A DNA stretch of 50,946 nucleotides from Clostridiales bacterium (GTDB taxonomy: Bacteria; Bacillota; Clostridia; Christensenellales; UBA1242): contig SVIS01000003.1 of NCBI GenBank assembly GCA_015069385.1, positions 62,001 through 112,946 of the forward strand, given 5' to 3'. The notes beneath the pieces are model-generated. The model was not told the DNA's origin, did not search any database, and was given only the letters and a program-made list of their open reading frames with translations. A program made the translations under genes and the position numbers. Positions 30,039 to 40,289 of this stretch are shown here, piece by piece; positions within the stretch are counted from its first letter, which is position 1; every line of letters begins with the position of its first letter.

Positions 30039-30323
30039 TTATTCCTCATCTCCAGTAATGGCTGCGCTGCAATTAGGACATTTATTAACGCCTCGCTCTA
30101 CCCTAGAACCACAATATCTACATTTAACAGTATTAGCCTCCTCTACTGCCTCGTTCATCTTAGTTGCCATTTGTTGTAACGATTCAAATATATTAAAATT
30201 AGAATTGGGCTCAACTGAAGCATCGCCATTTTTTATCTTTTTTTGTTGGCTTTTTACAATACAAATTACAATAAGCACAAATATAATAAAGATAACTATA
30301 GGCGCTAAAAAAAATAAAAACAT
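30039..30323 (-). CDS. Small membrane-anchored zinc-ribbon protein
   Basis: 94 aa from the ATG at 30323 (RBS 'aaagaggga'). One TM helix followed by 'CRYCG...CPNC'. The longer 211-aa track ORF overlaps tlyA and is rejected. A terminator hairpin lies at about 29985-30012. Confidence 0.45.
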   Translation of the reverse strand: MFLFFLAPIVIFIIFVLIVICIVKSQQKKIKNGDASVEPNSNFNIFESLQQMATKMNEAVEEANTVKCRYCGSRVERGVNKCPNCSAAITGDEE

Positions 30324-30438
30324 ATATACTCCCTCTTTAGTTATATAAATAGTATAACTTTTTATGTAATTTTTTGCAAGATATATAACCAAGATTTTTA
30401 AGGTTGATTTATCTGACAACAATATATATAATAAAATT

Positions 30439-31164
30439 ATGAAAAGATTAGATGTTTTGCTATTTGAAAAAAACTTTTTCCCAACAAGAGAAAAATCAAA
30501 AGAAGCAATTGAACAAGGAATTATTAAACTCAATGGCAATATTTGTATTAAACCGGGAATAAAAGTAAATGATGATGCCATAATTGAAATTTGTGGCAAT
30601 ATTTTAAAATATGTATCTCGAGCAGGCTTAAAACTAGAAAAAGCCGCTAGTTTATGGAACATTAATTTTAACAATAAAATAGTTTTAGATGTTGGTGCTT
30701 CAACAGGTGGGTTTACCGATTTTGCTCTTCAAAATGGTGCTTATAAGGTATTTGCTGTTGATGTTGGCACTAATCAACTACATAGTAGTTTACAAAACAA
30801 CAAAAGGGTTATAAATTTAGAAAAAACTGACTTTAGAAGCATGCAAAATTTATCAGAGGAAATAGATATTGCTGTTTGTGATTGTTCATTTATTTCTTTA
30901 AAACTTTTGCTTCCAAAATTTTGTGAGGTTTTAACAAGTGGTAAAGAATTGGTTACATTAATTAAGCCTCAGTTTGAATGTGGTAAACAAATTGCTCAAA
31001 AATATAAAGGTGTAATAAAAGATTCTTATTTGCAAGAAAAAATTAAAAATGAAATAATTTTAGAGTTTTGCAAGGCAGGCTTTAAACTTATGGGAGCATG
31101 TGAATCACCCATTCTTGGTACTGCCGGGAATAAAGAATTTTTGGCATATTTTATTAAAGAATAA
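30439..31164 (+). CDS. tlyA: TlyA-family rRNA 2'-O-methyltransferase (S4 domain plus FtsJ-like MTase)
   Basis: N-terminal S4-like 'RLDVLL...' and the MTase motif 'VLDVGASTGGFTD'. Confidence 0.8.
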   Translation: MKRLDVLLFEKNFFPTREKSKEAIEQGIIKLNGNICIKPGIKVNDDAIIEICGNILKYVSRAGLKLEKAASLWNINFNNKIVLDVGASTGGFTDFALQNGAYKVFAVDVGTNQLHSSLQNNKRVINLEKTDFRSMQNLSEEIDIAVCDCSFISLKLLLPKFCEVLTSGKELVTLIKPQFECGKQIAQKYKGVIKDSYLQEKIKNEIILEFCKAGFKLMGACESPILGTAGNKEFLAYFIKE

Positions 31165-31195
31165 ATAAAAATACAGCATAAATATTGCTGTATTT

Positions 31196-31546
31196 TTATT
31201 TAACAAAAACTATTGTCATGCCTGCGTTCGCATTATTTAAATCTTCACCATCATACCCACTTTTAAGCGAAGTTAAAAGTTTAAAACATTTGGGATTATC
31301 TAAATTCCAATCTTCGCCAAAAATATATTCTTTAATAATTCTTTGTTTTTTTAATGAAACTAGGCGCTCTCTTACCGCTTTGCAAATAGAGCCGCCCACA
31401 CCACTGCTACCATAGCCATGAATAAATTTTATTGCCTTAATTCCACTTACTTTTGCAAGTTCAATTTCCAATTCCATATTGCAAAGTGCAATTTCTACAG
31501 GTGGCATGTCTTCTTTTAAATTAACAACTATTAAATCTGTATCCAT
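31196..31546 (-). CDS. Smr-domain protein
   Basis: 'IHGYGSSG' resembles the Smr signature. 116 aa. Confidence 0.45.
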   Translation of the reverse strand: MDTDLIVVNLKEDMPPVEIALCNMELEIELAKVSGIKAIKFIHGYGSSGVGGSICKAVRERLVSLKKQRIIKEYIFGEDWNLDNPKCFKLLTSLKSGYDGEDLNNANAGMTIVFVK

Positions 31547-31670
31547 AATGTTTTTATTATATCTAAATTATAAATTAATTTCAATGTAAATTTATAAATT
31601 ACTACTCATTTTTTGAAGTTTAAAAATATAAAAATATGTCAATAAATAAAGTAACTGGAGGTATAATAAT

Positions 31671-31895
31671 TTGAGAGCAAATGTTAATGCTTTAAACGAA
31701 ATAAAAGAAAGAATTGCAAACTTAAAGGGCAACTCAATTAACTTAAGCGTAAACCGAGGAAGAAAAAAAATTGATAAACTACAAGGTTTTATAGAAAACA
31801 TATACCCAAGTGTTTTTACTTTTATGACAGACTCAAAAGCCCGCGAAACTTTTTCATACTTTGATGTGCTTTGTGGCCTAGTAGTATTAGAATAA
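31671..31895 (+). CDS. veg: Veg protein (DUF1021)
   Basis: 'LKGNSINLSVNRGRKKIDKLQGFIENIYPSVFTF...SYFDVL' closely parallels B. subtilis Veg. Uses a TTG start after 'ggagg'. A terminator hairpin lies at about 31913-31945. Confidence 0.75.
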   Translation: MRANVNALNEIKERIANLKGNSINLSVNRGRKKIDKLQGFIENIYPSVFTFMTDSKARETFSYFDVLCGLVVLE

Positions 31896-31972
31896 AACAA
31901 TTTATGATATATAAAAAGGCACTTTAAAAGTGCCTTTTTTTAAATGAAACTTTAATTTTTAAATTATATTTG

Positions 31973-33301
31973 CTACGCAATTACTAGTTTAAATGCTGGA
32001 CGAACGCCACAGTCAATATCGTCGTATACACTGCTAAGGTCTATATCACCATCACTGTATACACACCTCACGCAAGAGTCGTTGTTTGATGGGGAACATG
32101 CGAGAGGCGAACGTAACCACCAACAATCGACAGACCCCTCTAATAGTTTTGCTCCACCTTGTGCCGTAGTAAATAGCCCAGTATATTCTAATGTGCTTAA
32201 TAGCCATAATGATTGATTTATAGTTGATTGTGAATATGGTGTTGCTATTATTCGTCCATTTGTGTCATCTTTGTCATATTCTTCACCACCAAGCGTTCTT
32301 GTAGTTATTTGGCTATATACTCCTGAATATTTCTCTGCACCAAAGTTATATTTTGTATATAATCCTGTTGTTCCGTTTACATAGTTTTGTATGGTTGAAT
32401 TGTTATAGTGAATACCATAGTCATTTGCTTCTGTACAATTTTCACTTTCATTAAACGCTATATAGTCACTATCTGTATTTTTTAATATGTATTCTGATAT
32501 AAAGTAGTATGTTCCTGCTGGAACGTTTGTAGAAGTTGTATCAGTAAAAGTATCTACTGCTACCATGCCATCTTCGCCTACTGCATCGCTGCCTGTTGCA
32601 CTATAGGCAAAAGCATACCAGCGAAGGGCTGTGCCGTTTTCATCTTCACCCATCTCTACATAGAGTTTTGTTTTTGCTTTTTCTGTTTCATCTACTAGGC
32701 CTGTCATTGCTCCAGTTTTTAATACCTTTCTATCAAATGTGTATTTTTTAAACTCCATATTGGCGGAGAAATTTGCTTCAAAGTCTCCTATTGTTTCTAT
32801 ATCTAACAATGTAAAGGTTATTGTTAAGTCTTCCTTTTGTGCATCTTTTGCTAGTGTAAATGATTGGGCTGACGTTACTCCGCTTATTGAGGTTATTTCC
32901 TCTGTGCTTGTTGTATCATATGCCACTGGGTTTGGTATGTTACATACTATTGTATAGTCTGACATGTTTGTTATTGTCATTTCTATTACTACTGTGTTTC
33001 CATCGTTTGCTAAGTCTGTAAATGCTAGGTCTGTTCCAAATGATTGGCTCTTTGTTATTTCCTCTGCTGTGCTTCCGCCAACTATTACACTACCCGTTGT
33101 TTCTGTTTTGGTTGTTGTGTTTGTTTTAGTATACGAGGTTACTGTATAGTCCACTTGTACTTTACAATTATGCGCTGTAAAGCCTATTGTTCCGGTGGCG
33201 GTAAGTGAGGCTTGTTTGGCTGCATATATGCCTATTGCCATGGCACATATGCATAAACATATTGCTACTATGTTTATTAGCCATTTATAGTTCTTCTTCA
33301 T
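31973..33301 (-). CDS. Variable surface protein, paralog A (signal peptide, variable Thr/Ser-rich middle, conserved C-terminal domain ending CGVRPAFKLVIA)
   Basis: The first 44 aa and the C-terminal block are identical to the ORF at 42718-44010. RBS 'aagaggag'. Confidence 0.6.
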   Translation of the reverse strand: MKKNYKWLINIVAICLCICAMAIGIYAAKQASLTATGTIGFTAHNCKVQVDYTVTSYTKTNTTTKTETTGSVIVGGSTAEEITKSQSFGTDLAFTDLANDGNTVVIEMTITNMSDYTIVCNIPNPVAYDTTSTEEITSISGVTSAQSFTLAKDAQKEDLTITFTLLDIETIGDFEANFSANMEFKKYTFDRKVLKTGAMTGLVDETEKAKTKLYVEMGEDENGTALRWYAFAYSATGSDAVGEDGMVAVDTFTDTTSTNVPAGTYYFISEYILKNTDSDYIAFNESENCTEANDYGIHYNNSTIQNYVNGTTGLYTKYNFGAEKYSGVYSQITTRTLGGEEYDKDDTNGRIIATPYSQSTINQSLWLLSTLEYTGLFTTAQGGAKLLEGSVDCWWLRSPLACSPSNNDSCVRCVYSDGDIDLSSVYDDIDCGVRPAFKLVIA

Positions 33302-33332
33302 TGTTTTCTCCTCTTTTTAAGATCATATTTGT

Positions 33333-33359
33333 ATTCTACCCCCCCCAGCCGATTATCAA
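33333..33359 (-). promoter_or_regulatory. Promoter of paralog A with a G8 tract inside the -35/-10 spacer (15-bp spacer, predicted weak/OFF state)
   Basis: On the gene strand: TTGATA-atcggctGGGGGGGG-TAGAAT. The C8 run is at 33339-33346 on the + strand. Confidence 0.65.
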
Positions 33360-33457
33360 CTAATTTTTTATGTTTTTAAAATAAAAATTTAATATCAATT
33401 ATTTTATAATTACATTAGTAAAATAAAAAACAACCGTATACAACGGTTGTCAATGTG

Positions 33458-33532
33458 TGGTACCCATATGCGGAATCGAACCGCAGACTTCGCCGTGAGA
33501 GGGCGACGTATTAACCTCTTTACCATATGGGC
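33458..33532 (-). tRNA. tRNA with anticodon CTC (Glu-type by anticodon)
   Basis: Folded by hand with acceptor GCCCATA/TATGGGT (G-U at 1-72), anticodon stem TCGCC/GGCGA, loop CTCTCAC, T-arm TGCGGTTCGATTCCGCA and an encoded CCA. A terminator hairpin 'caaccgtatacaacggttg' plus T-run follows. Confidence 0.6.
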
Positions 33533-33738
33533 ATATAGTTTCAATTTTGTGCGAACTATTTAATAGATCTTTTTTATTTGCCTTGGACTTGTGCTTTAAT
33601 TTTAACAAAAGCATATTAGCACACTTTTTATATTTTTGCAACAAAAATTTTTACATATAAATAACATCTAGTTTTTATAAATTTTTAAATTCAATTTTTA
33701 ACTACAAAAAAATAAGCACCAAATTTGGTGCTTTATTT

Positions 33739-34251
33739 TTATTCATCATCATCTTCGTCATCATAATCTTCATAGTCATCATCATCTTCGTAGTCGTCAA
33801 AGTCATCATCAGAGTCAGAGTCAAATTCTTCGCTTAAGTCTTCATCATCAACAATGCCATCAAGGTCATCATCTGGTAAAAGACCATCATCTAAATCATC
33901 ATCGTCATCATCAAGACCCAAGTCTTTAACACTTGACATATCGCCAAGTTCTTCACTATCAGAATCACCCATTTCATCATCTTCATCGCGATTTATATAT
34001 TGGCTCCACTCAGCATCTTCTTCGCCGTCATAATTAGGGTCATTTAAACGATCAGCATAACAACTAGGGCACATAATTTCATCTGGCTGAATATAGTTTG
34101 TTTTACAAATTGGGCAAAGTTCTAATTCAGATTCATCAACCTCTCCACCACCAACTTGCATTTCTTGTTTACAAACGCTGCAATACTTTTCATCTTTTGT
34201 AATATAATTAAGTTCACAACGTGGACATCTAATATAAGTAACTTTTGTCAT
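33739..34251 (-). CDS. Tandem zinc-ribbon protein with an extremely acidic (poly-Asp/Glu) C-terminal tail
   Basis: Two CxxC-N-CxxC ribbons ('CPRCELNY...CSVC', 'CPICKTNY...CPSC'), then about 90 residues that are more than 60% D/E. The start is taken at 'MTKVTY' after the RBS 'agagggga'. Confidence 0.5.
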   Translation of the reverse strand: MTKVTYIRCPRCELNYITKDEKYCSVCKQEMQVGGGEVDESELELCPICKTNYIQPDEIMCPSCYADRLNDPNYDGEEDAEWSQYINRDEDDEMGDSDSEELGDMSSVKDLGLDDDDDDLDDGLLPDDDLDGIVDDEDLSEEFDSDSDDDFDDYEDDDDYEDYDDEDDDE

Positions 34252-34349
34252 AAAATAATCCCCTCTAGGTAATTTAAAAAAATCAACCATAGTATACATA
34301 TGCAAATAATTTATGTCTAGCAATTTTAAGCATTTTTTTATTTTTTAAT

Positions 34350-35636
34350 TTAAATAATTTTAATTTCAACATCAACACTTATTTGAGTATTTTCAATTAT
34401 ATCTTCAAGTGTATTACCCATGCGTATGTATTCCATATAATCATTATAGTTATTTGCATAAAAAATGTCATTAAGTTTTAAAATATCAAGTTTTAGTCTT
34501 TTGCTTTCTTTAGTTGCAAGTGAAATTTGCTGTCTTATAACTTTCCCAATATCTCGTTTTATTTCTTCGCCCACTAAATCATAATTTATTTCTATGTTTT
34601 TTTCATCTATGTCAACAATTTCATCTATATCTAGCGAAATTAATATTTTAACTGACATAAAAGGCATTTTTTTATAAAAAAATGTTTCAGTAAATACTTT
34701 TTTATTTAAAATATCAAAATTAATACTTGCGCCTTTTAATCTTTTGTCGCTAGAAACTGGAACTAAAATTTCTTTAGGACTATAGTCACCGCTTAGCCAA
34801 TCAAGGCCCTGCGATACAAACTCATCTAGTACTACTTCTAGTTTACCATCTTTAAAAATAGCCACCTCGCCACGATTAGAAATAAATTTTGAGCCATCAT
34901 TGCTTGAGGCTTTATTTTCTGAACTACCACCCATGTTTGATTCATTTGTTTGGCTCTGAGCATTGCCCGATTGCTCTTTTTGTACTATGGCAGTTGAACT
35001 AACACCTTGCATTTGTTCACTAGTCAAATTAACAGCATTTATTTTAGAAATACCACTTTGGCTAAAATATCCTTTATAAAAAGAGTCTATGTTAGAATTA
35101 AGTGAAGTTGTGCTAGTTTCTTGCTGATGACACAAAATGTCGCTTAGTCTAAGTCCCGTTTCCTTTTTTAACTCAACACCGGTATTTAACATTTCTTCAA
35201 CACTACTAGAACAGTAAATTAATTGCACAATATTACGAATTTTGTTAGTTCTAATAAGTCTATCTAAAAGACTTGTTACATTTTGTTGTGATATAGTAGA
35301 ACCTATTAATACAAACCGAGTGTGCCCAAGTTTTAATTTACGTCCAAATATTAAATTTAAATTGGCAAAGGCATCGCCAACCGTTTTACCAGATGCTGAT
35401 AAAATTTTGCTATTTTCTGCCAAACTCTCACTTACCGAAGATATACTTATTTCTGAGTAAATAACAATATCGCTATTTTCATTCATGTCAATTCCAACAG
35501 CCGTAACAATTGCCGAGCGAAAAGAAATTGAATTACGATTTATTGCCGAAGGCAAAAGAGTAAAACAGATTATAGCAAAAATAAGCAAAACTGGAGATTT
35601 AAAAACACTTTTAAAAAACTTTTTAGCCTGTTTCAT
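34350..35636 (-). CDS. Spore germination protein, GerAC-like (Ger(x)C family)
   Basis: Third gene of a gerA-type operon with an N-terminal signal/anchor. Its size and position after gerAB match the Ger(x)C family. Confidence 0.55.
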   Translation of the reverse strand: MKQAKKFFKSVFKSPVLLIFAIICFTLLPSAINRNSISFRSAIVTAVGIDMNENSDIVIYSEISISSVSESLAENSKILSASGKTVGDAFANLNLIFGRKLKLGHTRFVLIGSTISQQNVTSLLDRLIRTNKIRNIVQLIYCSSSVEEMLNTGVELKKETGLRLSDILCHQQETSTTSLNSNIDSFYKGYFSQSGISKINAVNLTSEQMQGVSSTAIVQKEQSGNAQSQTNESNMGGSSENKASSNDGSKFISNRGEVAIFKDGKLEVVLDEFVSQGLDWLSGDYSPKEILVPVSSDKRLKGASINFDILNKKVFTETFFYKKMPFMSVKILISLDIDEIVDIDEKNIEINYDLVGEEIKRDIGKVIRQQISLATKESKRLKLDILKLNDIFYANNYNDYMEYIRMGNTLEDIIENTQISVDVEIKII

Positions 35637-36726
35637 GTTTTTTCTCCTTTTTAAGCCAAGTAAAAATTGCAAGCATAAGTGGAACCAAAATTAAAATTGC
35701 TGTTGCAAAATAACAAAGAGTGTTTTCTGCAAAAGCCACATACTTTAAATAGTCATTTAAATATAAAAACTCAGCAGCAAGCAGCATTAAGTTTATAAAT
35801 CCATACGAAATAACTGTATTTTTAAAATTAAATACCTTTTTAAAACATTCATTGGCACAATACATAAATATTGACCCCTGTAAATATATATTAAATAAAA
35901 ATACTACAATTGCAAAAATATCCATATGCCAGCCACTTGCTGTCCCTATTGCATATTGCACAACGTCACTTATTAAATTTGTGTGAAAAAGTGATGTTTC
36001 TTGATATAACAAATAATACATAGCACTAACTACAACAAGAACAACAACGCTAATAATAAATGGAATAAAAATTTGCTTTAGTTTGCCTTTTTTTATTTCA
36101 ATTTTATCCATAAATATTAATAGTGCAAAAAGGTCACCTGTCCAAAAAGAAAGCCTAAAAAGTGAAGAAAAAAATCCCGAAAATCCTTCACGTGTTAATG
36201 CACCCATACCAAAATTAACTTCTGGCACAACAGCAAATGCAATTGCTAAAACAAAACAAATAATTATTACAGGAAAGAAAAACTCACAAGTACGAGCCAT
36301 TGTTCTAATTCCGCTATAAGCCATTGCTGTAATTATTGGTAGCAAACAAATAAACAAATTAAATAAACTAAATTCTTCATCTACAACATCTTTAATAAAT
36401 GTAAAACTATCACTAATAATTAATAGTATTTTAAAAAAGAAAAAAGCAAAAAAGGCAAAATAAATTATTTTAGTAACTATAACACCTAAACGCTTGCAAA
36501 GTATTGCGTAAAAATCTTCATTAGGAAACTTTTTTTTAACCCAAACAAGCAACAATAAAAACAAAAAGTTGAGCGCCATTACAAAAATAATACTTAAAAT
36601 TCCGCCCGAGCCATTATATTCATACAAAAGCGAAGGAAGAGTGGTTAATTTTAATGTAAAAAGAAGTATTCCTGCAATTATACCGGTTTGATGAGCCGAA
36701 ACTGTCTTGCCGTTATTCATTACCAT
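35623..36726 (-). CDS. Spore germination protein, GerAB-like (spore permease family, about 10 TM)
   Basis: 367-aa polytopic membrane protein. Overlaps gerAA by 14 bp. Confidence 0.65.
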   Translation of the reverse strand: MVMNNGKTVSAHQTGIIAGILLFTLKLTTLPSLLYEYNGSGGILSIIFVMALNFLFLLLLVWVKKKFPNEDFYAILCKRLGVIVTKIIYFAFFAFFFFKILLIISDSFTFIKDVVDEEFSLFNLFICLLPIITAMAYSGIRTMARTCEFFFPVIIICFVLAIAFAVVPEVNFGMGALTREGFSGFFSSLFRLSFWTGDLFALLIFMDKIEIKKGKLKQIFIPFIISVVVLVVVSAMYYLLYQETSLFHTNLISDVVQYAIGTASGWHMDIFAIVVFLFNIYLQGSIFMYCANECFKKVFNFKNTVISYGFINLMLLAAEFLYLNDYLKYVAFAENTLCYFATAILILVPLMLAIFTWLKKEKKHETG

Positions 36727-38140
36727 CTGCCTCCTTTTGCCTTATTTTATTTGCGTTAGAAATTGCAACTGGTCGTTTTTTCATATCATAAAGCGGCCGT
36801 TTAAAAATACCATCTTTTAAATCATCTTTAATTTGCGGTGCAAAAGGTGCTAAATATGGTGTACCATAAGCATTTAATGTGTTTAAATAATTTATTATAT
36901 ATACAACGCCACCAATTATACCAAGCAAACCAACTGTTGCTCCTAAAACTACAAAAACAGCCCTTAAAACAGTTAATTGCGATGCCTGAGAAGGAATTGT
37001 ATAAATAGCCATAATACTAACAGCAACAATAATAACTCCCGGCGGAGAAATTAAACCTGCCTTAACACCGGTATCACCAAGCACCAACGCCCCCACAATA
37101 GATGTTGCAAGACCTAAATATTGAGGCAAACGCAAACTTACTTCATATAAAATTTGAAATAAAAGCAAAATAAACATAATTTCTAGCACTGGAGTAAAAG
37201 GTAAATTTCGTGTGGAGTTAGAAATAATAATTATGTAGTTTAATGGTAATGTTGTGTAACTATAAAGCCTAATACTTAAATATAATCCTGGAACTATTGT
37301 AGCAAGCGCTATGCCTATTGTTCTTATAATTCTAATAAAGTTTACAAATACATAATTTGTATAATAATCATTACTACTTTGCAGGTCTTCAAAAACCATA
37401 TATGGAACTGTTAAAACAATAGGGGAACCATCTACCAATATTGCAATTCTGCCCTCTAAAACCTTAGCAACAACAATATCTGGCTTTTCTTGAAACCCCA
37501 CCTGTTCGAACATAGAATATGGTCGTTTTTTTAAAAAGTTGGCTATATAAAACGAGTCAACAACGCCATCTATATCAATCGCCTTTAATTTAGAGGTTAT
37601 TTCTTTTACAATTGATTTATTTGCTATGTTTTTTAAATATAAAACACTAATTTTAGTATTTGTTTCTCTACCAACATTTAAGTTTTCTATTTTTAAATTT
37701 TTAGTTGGAAGTCGCCGTCTTAAAAGTGAAATATTTGTTGCAATAGCCTCTACAAACCCCTCACGTGGTCCATATATATTTGGTGAGGTAGGTGGCTCAC
37801 TTGGCATTCTTGTTGGGAATTTTTCTAAATCTACCGACAAATATTTCTCTTTAAAAACAACAACAACTTGGTTTTTTAAAATATATTCAACAATTTGATT
37901 TCGCTTAATTGGCGCAATATCGGCAGCACGAATAATTTTTGTTTGTAAAGCAATAAAATCAAATTGGTTTTTATATGAAATAATTGGCTCTATAATTTCT
38001 CTTGCAATTGCAGTTTTGTCTACCATGCTTTTTAAAAACATTAATAAAACTTCGCCCGAATTTGTTGTAACTGTGCGACAAATAAAATCTAAATTATTAG
38101 ACAATTCTTTTTTTACTTCTTCTTGCAACAAAAAAGACAT
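36713..38140 (-). CDS. Spore germination protein, GerAA-like (GerA family)
   Basis: 475 aa with a soluble N-domain plus a C-terminal 5-TM region, the typical GerA architecture. First gene of the operon. Confidence 0.7.
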   Translation of the reverse strand: MSFLLQEEVKKELSNNLDFICRTVTTNSGEVLLMFLKSMVDKTAIAREIIEPIISYKNQFDFIALQTKIIRAADIAPIKRNQIVEYILKNQVVVVFKEKYLSVDLEKFPTRMPSEPPTSPNIYGPREGFVEAIATNISLLRRRLPTKNLKIENLNVGRETNTKISVLYLKNIANKSIVKEITSKLKAIDIDGVVDSFYIANFLKKRPYSMFEQVGFQEKPDIVVAKVLEGRIAILVDGSPIVLTVPYMVFEDLQSSNDYYTNYVFVNFIRIIRTIGIALATIVPGLYLSIRLYSYTTLPLNYIIIISNSTRNLPFTPVLEIMFILLLFQILYEVSLRLPQYLGLATSIVGALVLGDTGVKAGLISPPGVIIVAVSIMAIYTIPSQASQLTVLRAVFVVLGATVGLLGIIGGVVYIINYLNTLNAYGTPYLAPFAPQIKDDLKDGIFKRPLYDMKKRPVAISNANKIRQKEADGNE

Positions 38141-38196
38141 ACTACTTAAACTCCTATTTTTACAAGTAGTATGTCTTTATTTAATTAAATATATTC

Positions 38197-39873
38197 TTAA
38201 GATAATTGTACTGTAACTGCAGATGAACCTGTTTGATATTGATTTACAGAAACAGCAGCAATTGTCATGCTTAAAACTTCTGCTTCAAAAAAATCTGTAA
38301 AATCTGCCGTTAATTTTAACCTTGACAACATGCCTTCTGACAATTGTTCTTGAATAAGTTCGCTTGTATATAAAACATGCTCACTTAATGAATAATTGCC
38401 ATCGTTTAATGTTACAACAACTTTAAACTTTTCAGGAACATAAAAGTAAGAAAACACTTCAAAAGTCAACAAATTTGTTTGAGAATTAAAATTTGCATTG
38501 TTTGGTGTTTGCAATGTGTCGTAATATTCGTAAGTATATGTATTGGTAAAATTGCTATTTACATAATAAGTACCCTCGGTTGCAACTGCCTCTATTGTTA
38601 TATTATATTCGCCAGGACCATACACATTTAAAGTGGTTAAATCAAAAGACATTAAACCTTCGCCTTGGGCAAGTTCAATATATTCAACACTATCGGTATC
38701 TGAATTTACCATATAATATACTTTATAGTAAGCAGCGTTTTCTATTACGTTCCAAGTTAAAACTTCATCTTGACAGAATACAACCGGTGTGTCTAATTTT
38801 ATATAATTTACAATTTGTTTTTCTTCTGAATAATCACTATGTGCTTTTTGGGTTGCCCCAAGAGCCCTTACTTTAATTGTAAACTCACCAGGTTGACTAA
38901 AATAATTTGCCATTTCAACAATATTAGAAGTACTTGTAAATACTGTTTGAGTTTGACCGTGAATTACAACAACCTCATATTTTTGTACATTTTCAATTTT
39001 ATCAATAACTAAAGTTGTGCCATAAGAACGTTCAAATATTTCAAAGTTAGGTGTAAGTAATTTTGTATTAATTTTAATATTATGTACTACTAAAGCAACA
39101 ATTATGGCAATTAATACAGCAGCAACACCGCAAACAACAGGTATTAATATTTTTTTGTTAGCCTTTTTTAACCATGATTTTAATTTACATTCTTTTTTTT
39201 CTTTTGGCTGTTTTACCTTTTTTTCTTTTTTAGGTTTTTCTTCACTTTGCTCTTGTTCTTGATCGCTATTCATTTCCTCTTGAGGCTGCTCTACTAAATC
39301 AACTTGTTCTTCCTCATCTTCAGACAAAGAATTTACAACGTTTTCTTCAGATTGATCATTTTGCTCTTGTGCTTGCTCTGTTTTTTTCTTTCTTCCTCTT
39401 TTTTTAGGCTTTTCTTCGTTCGTTACTAGTTCTTCTGTGTTTTCATTAGAAGCAAGAACATCTTCTGCCGTTTCTTGTTCTAAAACATTTTCACTAGCCT
39501 CTTCTGATGGTGTGTTTTCTTCGCTTAACTCTTGCGTATTTTGATTTTCTTCAGTATTTAAAACTTCTTCCTTATTTTTTTTCTTTTTTTCTTTTTTAGG
39601 TTTTTCTTCTTTAACCTTTTTTTCTTTTACCTTTTTATCCTTAGCAGGTGCTTTTTCATTGGTTGGTTGCTCAGGCAAAGAATCTTCAGTTGAAAAAGTT
39701 TCTAAATCTGAATTGGCATTAACATTTTGCTCTGGTTTTGCATCTTGGTTTGTTGGTTTCTCCTCTTTTTTAGAAGTGGTTGAACCAAATAAACTATCTC
39801 CCGATTGTTGCAAAAAATCAAAACTATCGTCAAATAGATTATTATCATCAAAATCATTAAACAAATTTGCCAT
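38197..39873 (-). CDS. Membrane-anchored protein with a long K/E-rich disordered N-terminal region and a C-terminal extracytoplasmic domain
   Basis: About 225 low-complexity residues with KEKK repeats, a single TM helix 'ILIPVVCGVAAVLIAIIVALVV', then about 300 aa of beta-rich domain. Confidence 0.4.
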   Translation of the reverse strand: MANLFNDFDDNNLFDDSFDFLQQSGDSLFGSTTSKKEEKPTNQDAKPEQNVNANSDLETFSTEDSLPEQPTNEKAPAKDKKVKEKKVKEEKPKKEKKKKNKEEVLNTEENQNTQELSEENTPSEEASENVLEQETAEDVLASNENTEELVTNEEKPKKRGRKKKTEQAQEQNDQSEENVVNSLSEDEEEQVDLVEQPQEEMNSDQEQEQSEEKPKKEKKVKQPKEKKECKLKSWLKKANKKILIPVVCGVAAVLIAIIVALVVHNIKINTKLLTPNFEIFERSYGTTLVIDKIENVQKYEVVVIHGQTQTVFTSTSNIVEMANYFSQPGEFTIKVRALGATQKAHSDYSEEKQIVNYIKLDTPVVFCQDEVLTWNVIENAAYYKVYYMVNSDTDSVEYIELAQGEGLMSFDLTTLNVYGPGEYNITIEAVATEGTYYVNSNFTNTYTYEYYDTLQTPNNANFNSQTNLLTFEVFSYFYVPEKFKVVVTLNDGNYSLSEHVLYTSELIQEQLSEGMLSRLKLTADFTDFFEAEVLSMTIAAVSVNQYQTGSSAVTVQLS

Positions 39874-40074
39874 ATTATTCTCCTTCGGCGATAATTAATT
39901 TTGCAAAAAATGCAATAATTAAAAATATTTTAATAAAACCTACTTTTTTTGTCAAATTGATTTAATATTATTAAAATATATTTTATAACTATTATTTATA
40001 TAGTTTACTCCAAAATATATATTTTTATAAAAGGTTATTAAAAAAACATTTGCTTTAGAGCAAATGCTTTCTAA

Positions 40075-40275
40075 TTATTTATTAGCCTCGTTTAATTTAT
40101 TTAATAATAATTCAATATCTATTTCATGAACTTCGGCGGCTTCTTCTAATGTTTCAGAAAGTGCACAAGGACAAGAAAAACAATGCATACCAAACCCCAT
40201 TAAAATATCTTTTAAATTTTCATTTGCAGACAATACTTCTGCAATTGTCATATCTTTATTAAATGCTTTTTTCAT
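40075..40275 (-). CDS. DUF1858-domain small protein (hybrid-cluster-protein-associated redox-like domain)
   Basis: 66 aa, 'GMHCFSCPCA'. A terminator hairpin 'catttgctttagagcaaatg' lies at 40047-40066. Confidence 0.55.
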   Translation of the reverse strand: MKKAFNKDMTIAEVLSANENLKDILMGFGMHCFSCPCALSETLEEAAEVHEIDIELLLNKLNEANK

Positions 40276-40289
40276 ATATTTACCTCTTT

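Noticed and set aside
30324-30674. Long N-terminal extension of the 30039-30674 minus-strand ORF
   Set aside because: It is antisense to tlyA (30439-31164) and low-complexity. The internal ATG at 30323 with the RBS 'aaagaggga' gives a plausible 94-aa TM plus Zn-ribbon protein.
31592-31900. 102-aa minus-strand ORF
   Set aside because: It is antisense to the well-supported veg gene and low-complexity.
33450-33644. 64-aa ORF on the minus strand
   Set aside because: It coincides with the tRNA-CTC gene and its terminator, so it is spurious.
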